Positions 51,969 through 64,000 of a DNA stretch of 64,000 nucleotides are shown here, piece by piece (the first letter of the stretch is position 1; the number at the start of each line of letters is the position of its first letter). The stretch is taken from positions 55,800,001 through 55,864,000 of the forward strand of contig NC_092348.1 in the NCBI RefSeq assembly GCF_963676685.1, in the 5' to 3' direction. This stretch comes from Mytilus edulis. Lineage: Eukaryota. The notes beneath the pieces are model-generated. The model worked only from the letters and a program-made list of their open reading frames with translations, ran no database searches and was not told where the DNA came from. Made by a program: the position numbers and the translations under genes.

Positions 51969-52541
51969 AGTCATAAGAAACGAGTGACCGGTGAAAAATA
52001 ATGTTCTTCCAATTCTTGAACCAATGCATACAAACATCATAAACTTAGTCTTCTGTGCTCGAATTTATCATTTTTTTCGTGTAAATTTCGTATAATTGTC
52101 AATTTTTTTTTCAATCGGTCAGTGTTGTTGTGAAAATATGGCAGGTAATTAAAGTCCGTGTCTTGAAGCCGAAGTTTAACGATTGTCACCTGTTTGTCAA
52201 CAATTGACGAAAAATAAACAAAAAAAGCATGGAAATTGAGCACGTGTTTAACATGTAAATTCAGATAATAGTTTATTTTAAGGACATCCATGCGTATTGT
52301 GGTCACCGGATTTTTACGAGATGGGTCACACTGAGGTCACCTTGCATACGGAAAATATCTCGGGGGAATTGCTTGCTGGAAGGAAGCTATTCAAATAAAG
52401 TAAACTTCTTCTAAATATGAATAAATTAAAGAATTTTCTTCAGAAAAAAGTATATGTACATAAGTTTTATAATGAAAACTATCCATTGAGTTATTAAAAT
52501 CATATGCATTATTTTTTTTTGATTTGAGGTTTCTTATGACT
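51969..52541. mobile_element. MITE with TIR AGTCATAAGAAAC and TTAA target duplication (Kolobok-like)
   Basis: TTAA|AGTCATAAGAAAC ... GTTTCTTATGACT|TTAA. Confidence 0.75.
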
Positions 52542-54370
52542 TTAAGAATGAATAAAAACCTGAGATTGGCATCGGGTAAATTGTTTGTTGTTGCTATAAC
52601 TGCTTTGTTTTAGAGCATTTTACCCCTAGGTTCTATTTCTAGCAACTGCTGCCATATTTGGTGATGGATCAAATCCCCAGATACATGTTTTTCAACTGAA
52701 TCTCTTAAAGAAGATTCAGGAAAGTTTGATTGCTTTTATCCCAATAGTTTCATAGATGCCTTAAGTAGATATAGGAAGATGTGGTATGAGTGCCGATGAG
52801 ACAACTCTCCATCCAAATAACAATTTATAAAAGTAAATCATTATAGGCCAAGGTACGGCCTTCAACACGGAGCCTTGGCTCACACCGAACAGCAAGCTAT
52901 AAAGGCCCCCAAAAATTACTAAGGTTCACAACATCAGAAAGACAACAAAGACAGACGCAAAGTGCTGGAAAAAGACTGAATGCCAGTTGAGAAAAAAAAA
53001 GAAGAAAAAAAGAGAGAATTTGAATTCCTCAGCTGCAGTAACATCACGATTTAAGTCAGTATTTACAAAATTATTGGTTTCTGGAATTTCTTTTTTAAAG
53101 ACTATCACCAAGAAGATTCTGAAATATGCAATACCTAATACAGATAACAACACTCTTAAATGGCTCTGAAGAACCTATGTCGCTTACCTATCTCTAGGTG
53201 CATCATCACCAATTGGCAAACACACAAAATCAAAGTGCTTGTGAGCACCGAAGGATAAAGTTAAAAGATTGCTTTCACTTTGCAACTTAATGAAGTTTTG
53301 TATTTTGCTTCAATAGGTTTAAAATTTGAGTTGGAGTTATCATCCTTTGTTCAAGTTTTTTTTTTCATTTTTAGATACGTTGACTGGATAGGACCATAAG
53401 GTTTTGATTGCATTTTATGAAATCTTCAAAAACTTGAATTTTACCTCTTTTCCTTTTTATAGCCATTTTGCATGTTGGTTGGCATGCAAGGTCATCAGAC
53501 ACATCTTTAAAGCAAGATACACAATGTTGATTGTGGCCCATTCGTTGTTTAAAAGACAATTTTGTAAAAGTTAAGATTACAATATACGCCAAGAGGTGAA
53601 AAAAACCTCACTTTGCATAGATTATGAAGCTATCTGGTTCTTCATATAATTTGCCATGGGTCAAAATTATTGGGAATTTTATCAAATACAATGTATAACT
53701 GCATTCAGAATAAAATTAAAACAAGTGTGCATCCACTGAAATTTTTGGCCTGCTTTACTGACCATTGATTGTATGTTGATAGTCCTAAATATAAGGTTTC
53801 ACTTAAGGTATCACATAAACTCATACCACATCTTCTTATATCTATATATGTTCCAAGAAAATGAGGTCAAGGTCAGAAAAAACAAACAAGAAATGAGTCA
53901 GAAATACATGTACACCTTACAATCATTCCATACACCCAAAATATAGTTGACCTTTTTTTAAGTAGTCACTGATCCATGAAAACAAGGTCAAGGACAATAG
54001 AAATATGACAACAAAAATTTCATAACATTAGGTATCTATATACACATCCAGGCCTTCTTACTTCTAAAATATTAGATTAAATTTTCAAGAAGTTTGTTAA
54101 TGCGGCTGCCGGATAACTATCCCTGTGGCTTCCTTTCTGTATCAGAAGTCACAGGGTCAACAAAAACATACATAAATAAACTCACAAAATGACATTGAGC
54201 TTATATTACTTTATGCAAATCCTCAGGCAGTTTTCTACAACTGTGTAAAATCACAACATCCATCCAGTTGTTTAGTTGTGCTTACAGGAGACTATTATCA
54301 CAAACTGAAATATTGAAGTTTGTTTATCTCCCCTTAAACATGTATAACCTGAATTTTATTCCTTTATATA

Positions 54371-55188
54371 TACTGAGCCAAAAAAATTTAGCAACTCTTT
54401 TTTTTTGAATTTTTTATTGGTTGTTTCTGGATTTTTTTTTTTTATCAAACATCATTGATATAATCCTTAGTTTTACCTGGATTTTTAAGCAGTCGTACTT
54501 TTTTCCAGGTGATCGATTTCGCGCCATTTCAGCTTTGCGCGTGTAATTGATGTTTTACCTTCTGTACCGAAATTTAATTTTTTTTTGCACTAGCGTTTAG
54601 AAACCCACCATTGGTAAGAAAAACACATAAACGTTTGAAAAAATTGCATGGGGCGTCAATCAGGCCTCTCAGAAAATGACCGTCAGATGGCTCTTGGAAT
54701 GGTTGATGCCGGCATGAGTGTTGCTGACGTCTTGGCTCGATTTAATGTGCATAAGTCAACAGTTTAGGGACTAAAAAACAGATATCAACAAATTGCAACA
54801 GCACAGGATAGGTCGGTATGTCGTAGAACAAAAACAACCATCGTCAAGAGAGGAGCGCTACCTTCGCTTTACGTCAACACGGGACAAGTTTTTTGTGGCC
54901 ACAAGAGTAGTGCATTGACTAAGGGCAGCTGCTGGTGTGCCTGCCAGTCCTTAATTGATGCCCTTAAAGCATGGCCAAGAAATTGATTTTGAATAACACT
55001 ATACTCATTTCAGCTTTTTGACCCTCCCGCGCTCCATACAAAAAAATATCCTAATGAATATGAGTGTTAAACATTCATGTTGCTTCTGACATGTCATAAT
55101 TCCATTTTTTTATTATTAAATTATATGTTATGATTTTTTAATAAAATAAAATTTTATATTTATGTTGCTTAACTTTTTTGGCTCAGTA
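54371..55188 (+). mobile_element. Internally deleted Tc1/mariner element
   Basis: TA|TACTGAGCCAAAAAAATTTAGCAAC ... GTTGCTTAACTTTTTTGGCTCAGTA|TA; from 54648 a Tc1 HTH remnant MGRQSGLSENDRQMALGMVDAGMSVADVLARFNVHKSTV*. Confidence 0.85.
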
Positions 55189-56120
55189 TACTTACTCATG
55201 AAGAGTTTTACAACTGTGTAAAATTTCATTTATATCTGTGTATCAAGGTTCCGTGTTGAAGACCATACGTTGACCTATAATGGTTTACTTTCACAGATTG
55301 TAACTTGGATGGAGAGTTGTCTCATTGGCCCTTAAAATTTTCTTATACCTATCAATATATTATAGGATTTGTTCTAACAACAGACTATATTATCACATAA
55401 GTTTTTTTGACTGATGTCTATTCATTTCTTTTATTTCTTTAAGCCATGGTGTTGTCTGTACTACAGTGTTTGATTTGACCCTTGTTATCTTCTTCCTTTT
55501 TTTTCTCTCTCTCAAGATGATTAAAAAACAGGTATAATTTCATGTGTTTATCGTTTAGTAATTTAATTTTGGTTGTTACAAGTCTTCTGATTGGCTGAAA
55601 GATTATTGTCTATCAGCTCATAGACATAATTTTTTTCATACAACCGTGACAGCATGAGTCCCCCTTTTAAATGATTTATTCCTAAGACATGGAATTTAGA
55701 ATTCAAATACACACATGTATAAGTAATGACTTATATTTTTTTTCTCTATTCTAAATAATCTAAAAAAATTTAGGGCACACTTTTAAAATTTATAATTGGA
55801 TGCCATTATTGGATCTGTCGTATCTTCCCCCTCTTTTTCAAGGAATGAAATAAACATTTACAACATTTTCATGTGCTTATCGTCTAGAGAACCTTAAATT
55901 GTAAGATATTTTCTCAATTTATGGTTTGAAAATAAAGAAGATATTTCTTGTGAATAGGAAATCTAGAATTGAATCATTATTTTTGTAATTTATTTTATTC
56001 ATCTCTTTACCTTTTTTCTCTTTTGCAATTGATTTGACATTAGTTCATCTTGTCAATCTCCAACATTTACAAAACTTAGAAATTAACAAGTTTTAGCTTT
56101 CTTAAAAGCTGTGGACTGCT

Positions 56121-56193
56121 TTGCTCTATCCAAGCAAATACACGTGTATTGATAATTGCTCTATCCAAGCAAATACACGTGTATTGATAATTG
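56121..56193. repeat. 35-bp tandem duplication TTGCTCTATCCAAGCAAATACACGTGTATTGATAA
   Basis: Two adjacent exact copies. Confidence 0.85.
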
Positions 56194-56680
56194 ATATTTC
56201 AACATTGAATTTCAGTGTGCAATATATGCATAATAAAACAACACGAATTAATGACAGTTGATCGGAACTGATATACATAGTTAATTTTCCGGCTTTTAAA
56301 GACTTATCCTGAATGAGGAAGTCTGTAATTCTTTATGTCATTTAAACCAATGGCTGTTGCTGATTCTCAGCTGCATCATAAAGTAACCAATCAGTGATCA
56401 GTAATTATTTCAAGATGGCGTGTATGTCTACTGAAACAAAAAGCTCTGCACCGTGATGTGCAGCAAAAACAAACACATAAACAAGAGTTTAATAAATTGC
56501 ACATTTACTAATATGTAAAAAAATAATCATCATACTATACAAATTACAAAATAACACATGCAATAACAATATAAAAGTTACACTATGATATAATTTGTCT
56601 AAATCTATAACATGTATGATACATCTTCTAAGATATATATAGTTTATAAAACAACTTTATAGTTTATATTAACAAATAAA

Positions 56681-59600
56681 TTATGTACTAGATACACTCA
56701 ATCTAACTAAGGAACTGCTAATTTGAATTTGTGCTGAATCTTTCCAATGTTCTGTCCAAATCTGGGATAAACTATCTACATCAACTTTGTCCAAATTTCT
56801 ACATGTAAAACTAATAAATTTAAGAGAATAATCAGACATTAATTTGTCACTTATGGCATCTAGAAACATGGTATCCAATGGTGATACGATGCCACAACCT
56901 TCTGCCGTAATCTTTTCCAAGTGTGTGTTGTTTGTCGAGGCCACTTCTAATACTCGTGTTACAACACTATTGTCTAATTTTGGATTATCTGACAGATTTA
57001 ATGAGGTGAGACTTTTACCAGCTATTGGAATGCTGAAAAATGAAACTAAATTTCAATATCAAAATAAAACTCATTTAAAATATATCGGAAAAAAACAAAT
57101 CAATTACCAAAATTTACAGAAGTCTAATATGACTAAGTGAAAGGATAATATTTCGTTCCATTTCTGTTTAACCTGTAAATTGTTTAGCATGCATACATTA
57201 TCACAGGACATCAAATATGAAATAACATAAAATAATTTCTCTTATATGTACTTGTGTCTGGTTCATGGCTTTTTCATACTTGTGCTTATTTCCTTTTTTT
57301 TTTTTTAAACTTAAATAGTGTAACCTGCCTAATCAGTCACCTGAGTATTCAAACATCCTGCTTTAACGGACACATTTTCATGGTCACAAAATATGCCTAT
57401 CATTGCAGAAAAAACCTAAGTATTTCGAAACCCTGCTTAATCCCACATTGTTTTCTCCTCCTCCCTCAGTGTATCAGATAACACAGTTTACACTGTACTT
57501 TAATTTGAACCTTTCTATTCTTTTGTTTGTATTACATGTGGTAATTTTATATCTTATTTCGGTTTATAGCTGCATCATTTTTCTATGTATTTGAATACAA
57601 GATTGATTTACTAGGATTGCCAGTTTTCCTGCTAAAGGTTGATGGATTTCTCTGTATATTACACCTACTTCACCAAAAAATACTGGCCTCCATTAAGGTG
57701 GTACCCAACACTTTCACTAAAATTAATTTGGCTCCTTTAATTTTCATAAAATTTTGTCAAAGTATCTACTTTGAGACTTTAATAAAAATATAAAATTTTT
57801 AAAATTTTTGAACCAACCATTTTGTCAATTTGACAAACACCAATTTTGATCATTGAGAAGCTTAATATTTCTTTTACAACACAATGTAATTAAAACGTAT
57901 AGCTGACTTTACAGAGTTATCTCCCTGTAGTGTTTTTAAAGAGGCCACCAAAAGCACTGAAATTGTCATTGAACATCACCAATCAATCTTGTATTTAAAA
58001 CAATCCCTAATTTATTTTTCATCTGCTATTGTGTTGGTTCTTTCGTTCATCAATGTGTATTTGTATATGGACTTGCAGATTATCGTTGGTCATCTCAACA
58101 AGATGGATTTTCCAAAATGAGAAAAGTAATTGAGTTGAGATTACCAATGATAATCTGTTTATCACCATTTCACCTATGAAGATGCTGTTAATTTCATTGA
58201 CAACAGCATGAGCACCGTTAGTTTCTAACAATATGTTTTCATTTCACTCTACTGTGGTGAAAAAGGAAATTATCAGTCAGTAAGATCAAAGGAAAATTTC
58301 ACAGTTTCTATTTATAGACACTAACCTAACAAGGAAGTCTGTATGGTCTGTAGACAAGTGACATCCAGATAGATTTAAATCTTGGAGGCTACATTTATCC
58401 TGTAACAGAAATAAAATAAATAAATTGAAACAGCAGCGTGAATAAATGAGATGTAATGATTTGCAATAAAGAATTTATAAATGATTTATTAAACAATAAC
58501 GAATTCTTTGGCACCTTACTTAACTAATGCATATGAACTGCAGTGGCAAATTTAAAAACTAGAGGCTCTTAAGAGCCTGTGTCACTCACCTTGGTCTATG
58601 TGCATATTAAACAAAAGACACAGATGGATTCATGGCAAAATTGTGTTTTGGTGATGGTGATGTGTTTGTAGATCTTACTTTACTGAACATTCTTGTTACT
58701 TACAATTATCTCTATCTATAATGAACCTGGCCCATTAGTTACAGAGGAAAATAATTTTTTAATAAGTGTCTCCTCCTTTTCTTGCTACTGAATCACTGTA
58801 TTCTAATTTGCATATCAGATTGTCAATCTGTTTTTTTTCTTTCTTTATATGTAAAAGGACTGTGTACATGTATATACTAAGAATATATGTAAAGTCCTAA
58901 ATAGAAAATACGTTGATTGAAATTATGGCAAAACAAATGCAGCATGGATTATCTCCCCTATACCAGTATAAATAAAACAAATTGCCTTACCTTTGACAAA
59001 AAGTTCTGTATATGTAACAAGAAATAAGATTGTGGTGCAGATGTTAGTGTGCTGTCGATGTTCAATGACCACATGGTTGCAGGATTGATGGTCTTTAACA
59101 ATAGTTCTATACCAAGCATACCAAATTGGTTATGAGAGACATCCAAATTCTGCAACTGACAATCTGAAAAATAAAATCTTATACATATTCATGCTTTAAC
59201 TTAAGAGTGCATACTACTTACAATCACACATCAAAAGCATGAAAATTTGACAATATTCTACCTTAAAACAATAGCAGGAAACAATTAATGACTTTTAAAA
59301 TTTCTTTTTCACTACACAATTACTTTGCCTTTATACTTTATGTGTTTATTAATGTTTTTTAAGAAAAATAATCTCTGGATAGTAAAGTGTGTTCTTAAAT
59401 TTAATAATGAAAAAAAATGTACATTTTCTTTATATTTGAGTCAAAACTCTTATTAAATATATACATGTATTTCAAAAAGTTCACATCATAATGAGCATTT
59501 GTAAAAGTTTCAATTTGATTTAACCACAACTTTGTGTTAAACTTCCATATACAGTAAATGAGCTATGTAGCCTGATTTTGGTAAAATTTTGCAAACAACT

Positions 59601-60229
59601 TTGGCTCATTGAACAACAATTTGTTGTCTGAAATAGAACTGAGTGAATTCTTTTAAAATACTGCAAACATTTGTAGAGACCCCATTAAAGTTCTAAAATT
59701 TGTCTTAAAATGATCAAATATCCAAATTCCAACCCATAGATTTGGAGATAGTTGGGATAGTCTCAACCAATCAAATATTCATTCAGCTATCAAATTTAAC
59801 ATATATCTTACAATCAAAATTCATGATATGACTGATCAAAAACCTCCAAACCAATTTTTGTAGTCCATTTATTGTTTTTAAAAATTATGAACAACCTTTT
59901 TTTTTTTTTAAATTTCTTGAAAAATATGTAACCGCTTTAAAAAAAATTTTGCTTACAATTTATGTTGAAAGTTTCTATCAGATTAGTTTAACAACTAAGC
60001 AATGAAGTAAAAGAGCCTGAAGATTATCTAAAACAAAATCTTATATTGTTAACCTACTCAGTAAGCTTTCCATCAGGCTAATTCTGTGTTGCTGGAACAA
60101 TTTAGCAGTAAAATCACAAGAGGATAAAGACAATGTGTTCAGCATAGGTAGGTGTGTCACTATACTAGCCAGTGATTGGCAGCTGGAATCTCCTAGAGAA
60201 TTGTAACTCAAATTCAACTCCATTAAATT
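56681..60229 (-). CDS. TONSL: Tonsoku-like protein, last four coding exons (LRR region): 60229-60058, 59163-58991, 58399-58326, 57032-56681
   Basis: ELNLSYNSLGDSSCQSLAS...LSLSSCDF...LDVSHNQFG...CSLQDLNLSGCHL...LNLSDNPKL...GCGIVSPL follows the TONSL C-terminal LRR series; splice phases 1,0,2 are consistent. Confidence 0.85.
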
Positions 60230-60835
60230 CTGAAATAAAAAATATTTTCTTCAATAAATAAAAAAATCAAAATATATGAAAGGATTACTACAGCAGCATG
60301 CAAGTCATTAAAGTTATGAAGAGATGATCTTGCTATTAAAAACATTATACCCTTCTTATAAAATAGCTGTTGTAACATTCAAACTTACAAGATAATAAAA
60401 ATAAATTCCTTAATTTAAATTATCCTCATAATTTCTAAGACCCATTGAATTACAAATGACTTCTATGTATGTAATTAAAGGTTTAGGGAGTACCTGTATA
60501 GAGTCATTGCAAAACCTAGTATGTACATGTATGGATGAACTAAAAAAAACTACTCAAGTCAATCAAAACTACCACTTCTTATTGTAAAGAAATGTATCAG
60601 ACTAAGATTTGAACTTTCAGTACACTACACACAATATTTACTGATCCTGATTTTATTATAAAGGATATTTATAAACATTCATTTAGCTATGAAGTTTATT
60701 TTTCATCAGATGACCACAAGTAAATGAAGTATCATTCTACCCTTTCAATTTTTGAAGATTTCTGTTATAATTTCCATAAGCAGACAGCTTTAAAAACATT
60801 AATTCATATACAAAGTTACCCACTTTTCTTCAATA

Positions 60836-63800
60836 CCTTGGCTCACACCGAACAGCAAGCTATAAAGGCCCCCAAAAATTACTAAGGTTCACAACATCAG
60901 AAAGACAACAAAGACAGACGCAAAGTGCTGGAAAAAGACTGAATGCCAGTTGAGAAAAAAAAAAGAAGAAAAAAAGAGAGAATTTGAATTCCTCAGCTGC
61001 AGTAACATCACGATTTAAGTCAGTATTTACAAAATTATTGGTTTCTGGAATTTCTTTTTTAAAGACTATCACCAAGAAGATTCTGAAATATGCAATACCT
61101 AATACAGATAACAACACTCTTAAATGGCTCTGAAGAACCTATGTCGCTTACCTATCTCTAGGTGCATCATCACCAATTGGCAAACACACAAAATCAAAGT
61201 GCTTGTGAGCACCGAAGGATAAAGTTAAAAGATTGCTTTCACTTTGCAACTTAATGAAGTTTTGTATTTTGCTTCAATAGGTTTAAAATTTGAGTTGGAG
61301 TTATCATCCTTTGTTCAAGTTTTTTTTTTCATTTTTAGATACGTTGACTGGATAGGACCATAAGGTTTTGATTGCATTTTATGAAATCTTCAAAAACTTG
61401 AATTTTACCTCTTTTCCTTTTTATAGCCATTTTGCATGTTGGTTGGCATGCAAGGTCATCAGACACATCTTTAAAGCAAGATACACAATGTTGATTGTGG
61501 CCCATTCGTTGTTTAAAAGACAATTTTGTAAAAGTTAAGATTACAATATACGCCAAGAGGTGAAAAAAACCTCACTTTGCATAGATTATGAAGCTATCTG
61601 GTTCTTCATATAATTTGCCATGGGTCAAAATTATTGGGAATTTTATCAAATACAATGTATAACTGCATTCAGAATAAAATTAAAACAAGTGTGCATCCAC
61701 TGAAATTTTTGGCCTGCTTTACTGACCATTGATTGTATGTTGATAGTCCTAAATATAAGGTTTCACTTAAGGTATCACATAAACTCATACCACATCTTCT
61801 TATATCTATATATGTTCCAAGAAAATGAGGTCAAGGTCAGAAAAAACAAACAAGAAATGAGTCAGAAATACATGTACACCTTACAATCATTCCATACACC
61901 CAAAATATAGTTGACCTTTTTTTAAGTAGTCACTGATCCATGAAAACAAGGTCAAGGACAATAGAAATATGACAACAAAAATTTCATAACATTAGGTATC
62001 TATATACACATCCAGGCCTTCTTACTTCTAAAATATTAGATTAAATTTTCAAGAAGTTTGTTAATGCGGCTGCCGGATAACTATCCCTGTGGCTTCCTTT
62101 CTGTATCAGAAGTCACAGGGTCAACAAAAACATACATAAATAAACTCACAAAATGACATTGAGCTTATATTACTTTATGCAAATCCTCAGGCAGTTTTCT
62201 ACAACTGTGTAAAATCACAACATCCATCCAGTTGTTTAGTTGTGCTTACAGGAGACTATTATCACAAACTGAAATATTGAAGTTTGTTTATCTCCCCTTA
62301 AACATGTATAACCTGAATTTTATTCCTTTATATATACTGAGCCAAAAAAATTTAGCAACTCTTTTTTTTTGAATTTTTTATTGGTTGTTTCTGGATTTTT
62401 TTTTTTTATCAAACATCATTGATATAATCCTTAGTTTTACCTGGATTTTTAAGCAGTCGTACTTTTTTCCAGGTGATCGATTTCGCGCCATTTCAGCTTT
62501 GCGCGTGTAATTGATGTTTTACCTTCTGTACCGAAATTTAATTTTTTTTTGCACTAGCGTTTAGAAACCCACCATTGGTAAGAAAAACACATAAACGTTT
62601 GAAAAAATTGCATGGGGCGTCAATCAGGCCTCTCAGAAAATGACCGTCAGATGGCTCTTGGAATGGTTGATGCCGGCATGAGTGTTGCTGACGTCTTGGC
62701 TCGATTTAATGTGCATAAGTCAACAGTTTAGGGACTAAAAAACAGATATCAACAAATTGCAACAGCACAGGATAGGTCGGTATGTCGTAGAACAAAAACA
62801 ACCATCGTCAAGAGAGGAGCGCTACCTTCGCTTTACGTCAACACGGGACAAGTTTTTTGTGGCCACAAGAGTAGTGCATTGACTAAGGGCAGCTGCTGGT
62901 GTGCCTGCCAGTCCTTAATTGATGCCCTTAAAGCATGGCCAAGAAATTGATTTTGAATAACACTATACTCATTTCAGCTTTTTGACCCTCCCGCGCTCCA
63001 TACAAAAAAATATCCTAATGAATATGAGTGTTAAACATTCATGTTGCTTCTGACATGTCATAATTCCATTTTTTTATTATTAAATTATATGTTATGATTT
63101 TTTAATAAAATAAAATTTTATATTTATGTTGCTTAACTTTTTTGGCTCAGTATACTTACTCATGAAGAGTTTTACAACTGTGTAAAATTTCATTTATATC
63201 TGTGTATCAAGGTTCCGTGTTGAAGACCATACGTTGACCTATAATGGTTTACTTTCACAGATTGTAACTTGGATGGAGAGTTGTCTCATTGGCCCTTAAA
63301 ATTTTCTTATACCTATCAATATATTATAGGATTTGTTCTAACAACAGACTATATTATCACATAAGTTTTTTTGACTGATGTCTATTCATTTCTTTTATTT
63401 CTTTAAGCCATGGTGTTGTCTGTACTACAGTGTTTGATTTGACCCTTGTTATCTTCTTCCTTTTTTTTCTCTCTCTCAAGATGATTAAAAAACAGGTATA
63501 ATTTCATGTGTTTATCGTTTAGTAATTTAATTTTGGTTGTTACAAGTCTTCTGATTGGCTGAAAGATTATTGTCTATCAGCTCATAGACATAATTTTTTT
63601 CATACAACCGTGACAGCATGAGTCCCCCTTTTAAATGATTTATTCCTAAGACATGGAATTTAGAATTCAAATACACACATGTATAAGTAATGACTTATAT
63701 TTTTTTTCTCTATTCTAAATAATCTAAAAAAATTTAGGGCACACTTTTAAAATTTATAATTGGATGCCATTATTGGATCTGTCGTATCTTCCCCCTCTTT

Positions 63801-64000
63801 TTCAAGGAATGAAATAAACATTTACAACATTTTCATGTGCTTATCGTCTAGAGAACCTTAAATTGTAAGATATTTTCTCAATTTATGGTTTGAAAATAAA
63901 GAAGATATTTCTTGTGAATAGGAAATCTAGAATTGAATCATTATTTTTGTAATTTATTTTATTCATCTCTTTACCTTTTTTCTCTTTTGCAATTGATTTG
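60836..64000 (+). repeat. Near-identical direct duplicate of 52873-56036 (runs off window end)
   Basis: Offset 7963/7964; the only difference I saw is one extra A in an A-run (~60955). Confidence 0.95.
62335..63152 (+). mobile_element. Duplicate of the Tc1/mariner relic (part of the segmental duplication)
   Basis: Identical to 54371-55188, offset 7964. Confidence 0.85.

Noticed and set aside
58019-58231. 70-aa ORF as an additional TONSL exon
   Set aside because: The flanking exons already splice in phase and match the TONSL LRR series without it.

Overview
AT-rich eukaryotic (animal) genomic DNA with GT-AG introns; gene content and repeat families look molluscan (Mytilus-like bivalve; this is inference). 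Genes reconstructed by hand from splice sites and reading-frame phase: junctophilin first coding exon (-); two tandem 4-exon apolipoprotein D-like lipocalins (-), one with a 1-bp frameshift; a 2-exon Snail/Scratch-family C2H2 zinc-finger gene with a divergent SNAG-like N-terminus and an RFX/CRE/forkhead promoter (+); a 6-coding-exon orphan gene with three 53-aa repeats (+); an uncharacterised ORF with a possible death-fold C-terminus (-); and the last four (LRR) exons of TONSL (-), which sit in an apparent ~7.96-kb tandem duplication. Much of the rest is mobile DNA: Penelope-like retroelement (PLE) 3' ends and short derivatives, an Academ-like relic, a Tc1 relic (twice), a LINE relic, Helitron/Helentron-type non-autonomous elements and MITEs. 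The main finding is a circularly permuted (P5-type) twister self-cleaving ribozyme motif, present in at least three diverged PLE-associated repeat families (7 full or partial copies). Compensatory base changes support it, a conserved palindrome replaces P1, and one insertion starts exactly at the predicted cleavage site. No ribozyme activity has been tested.
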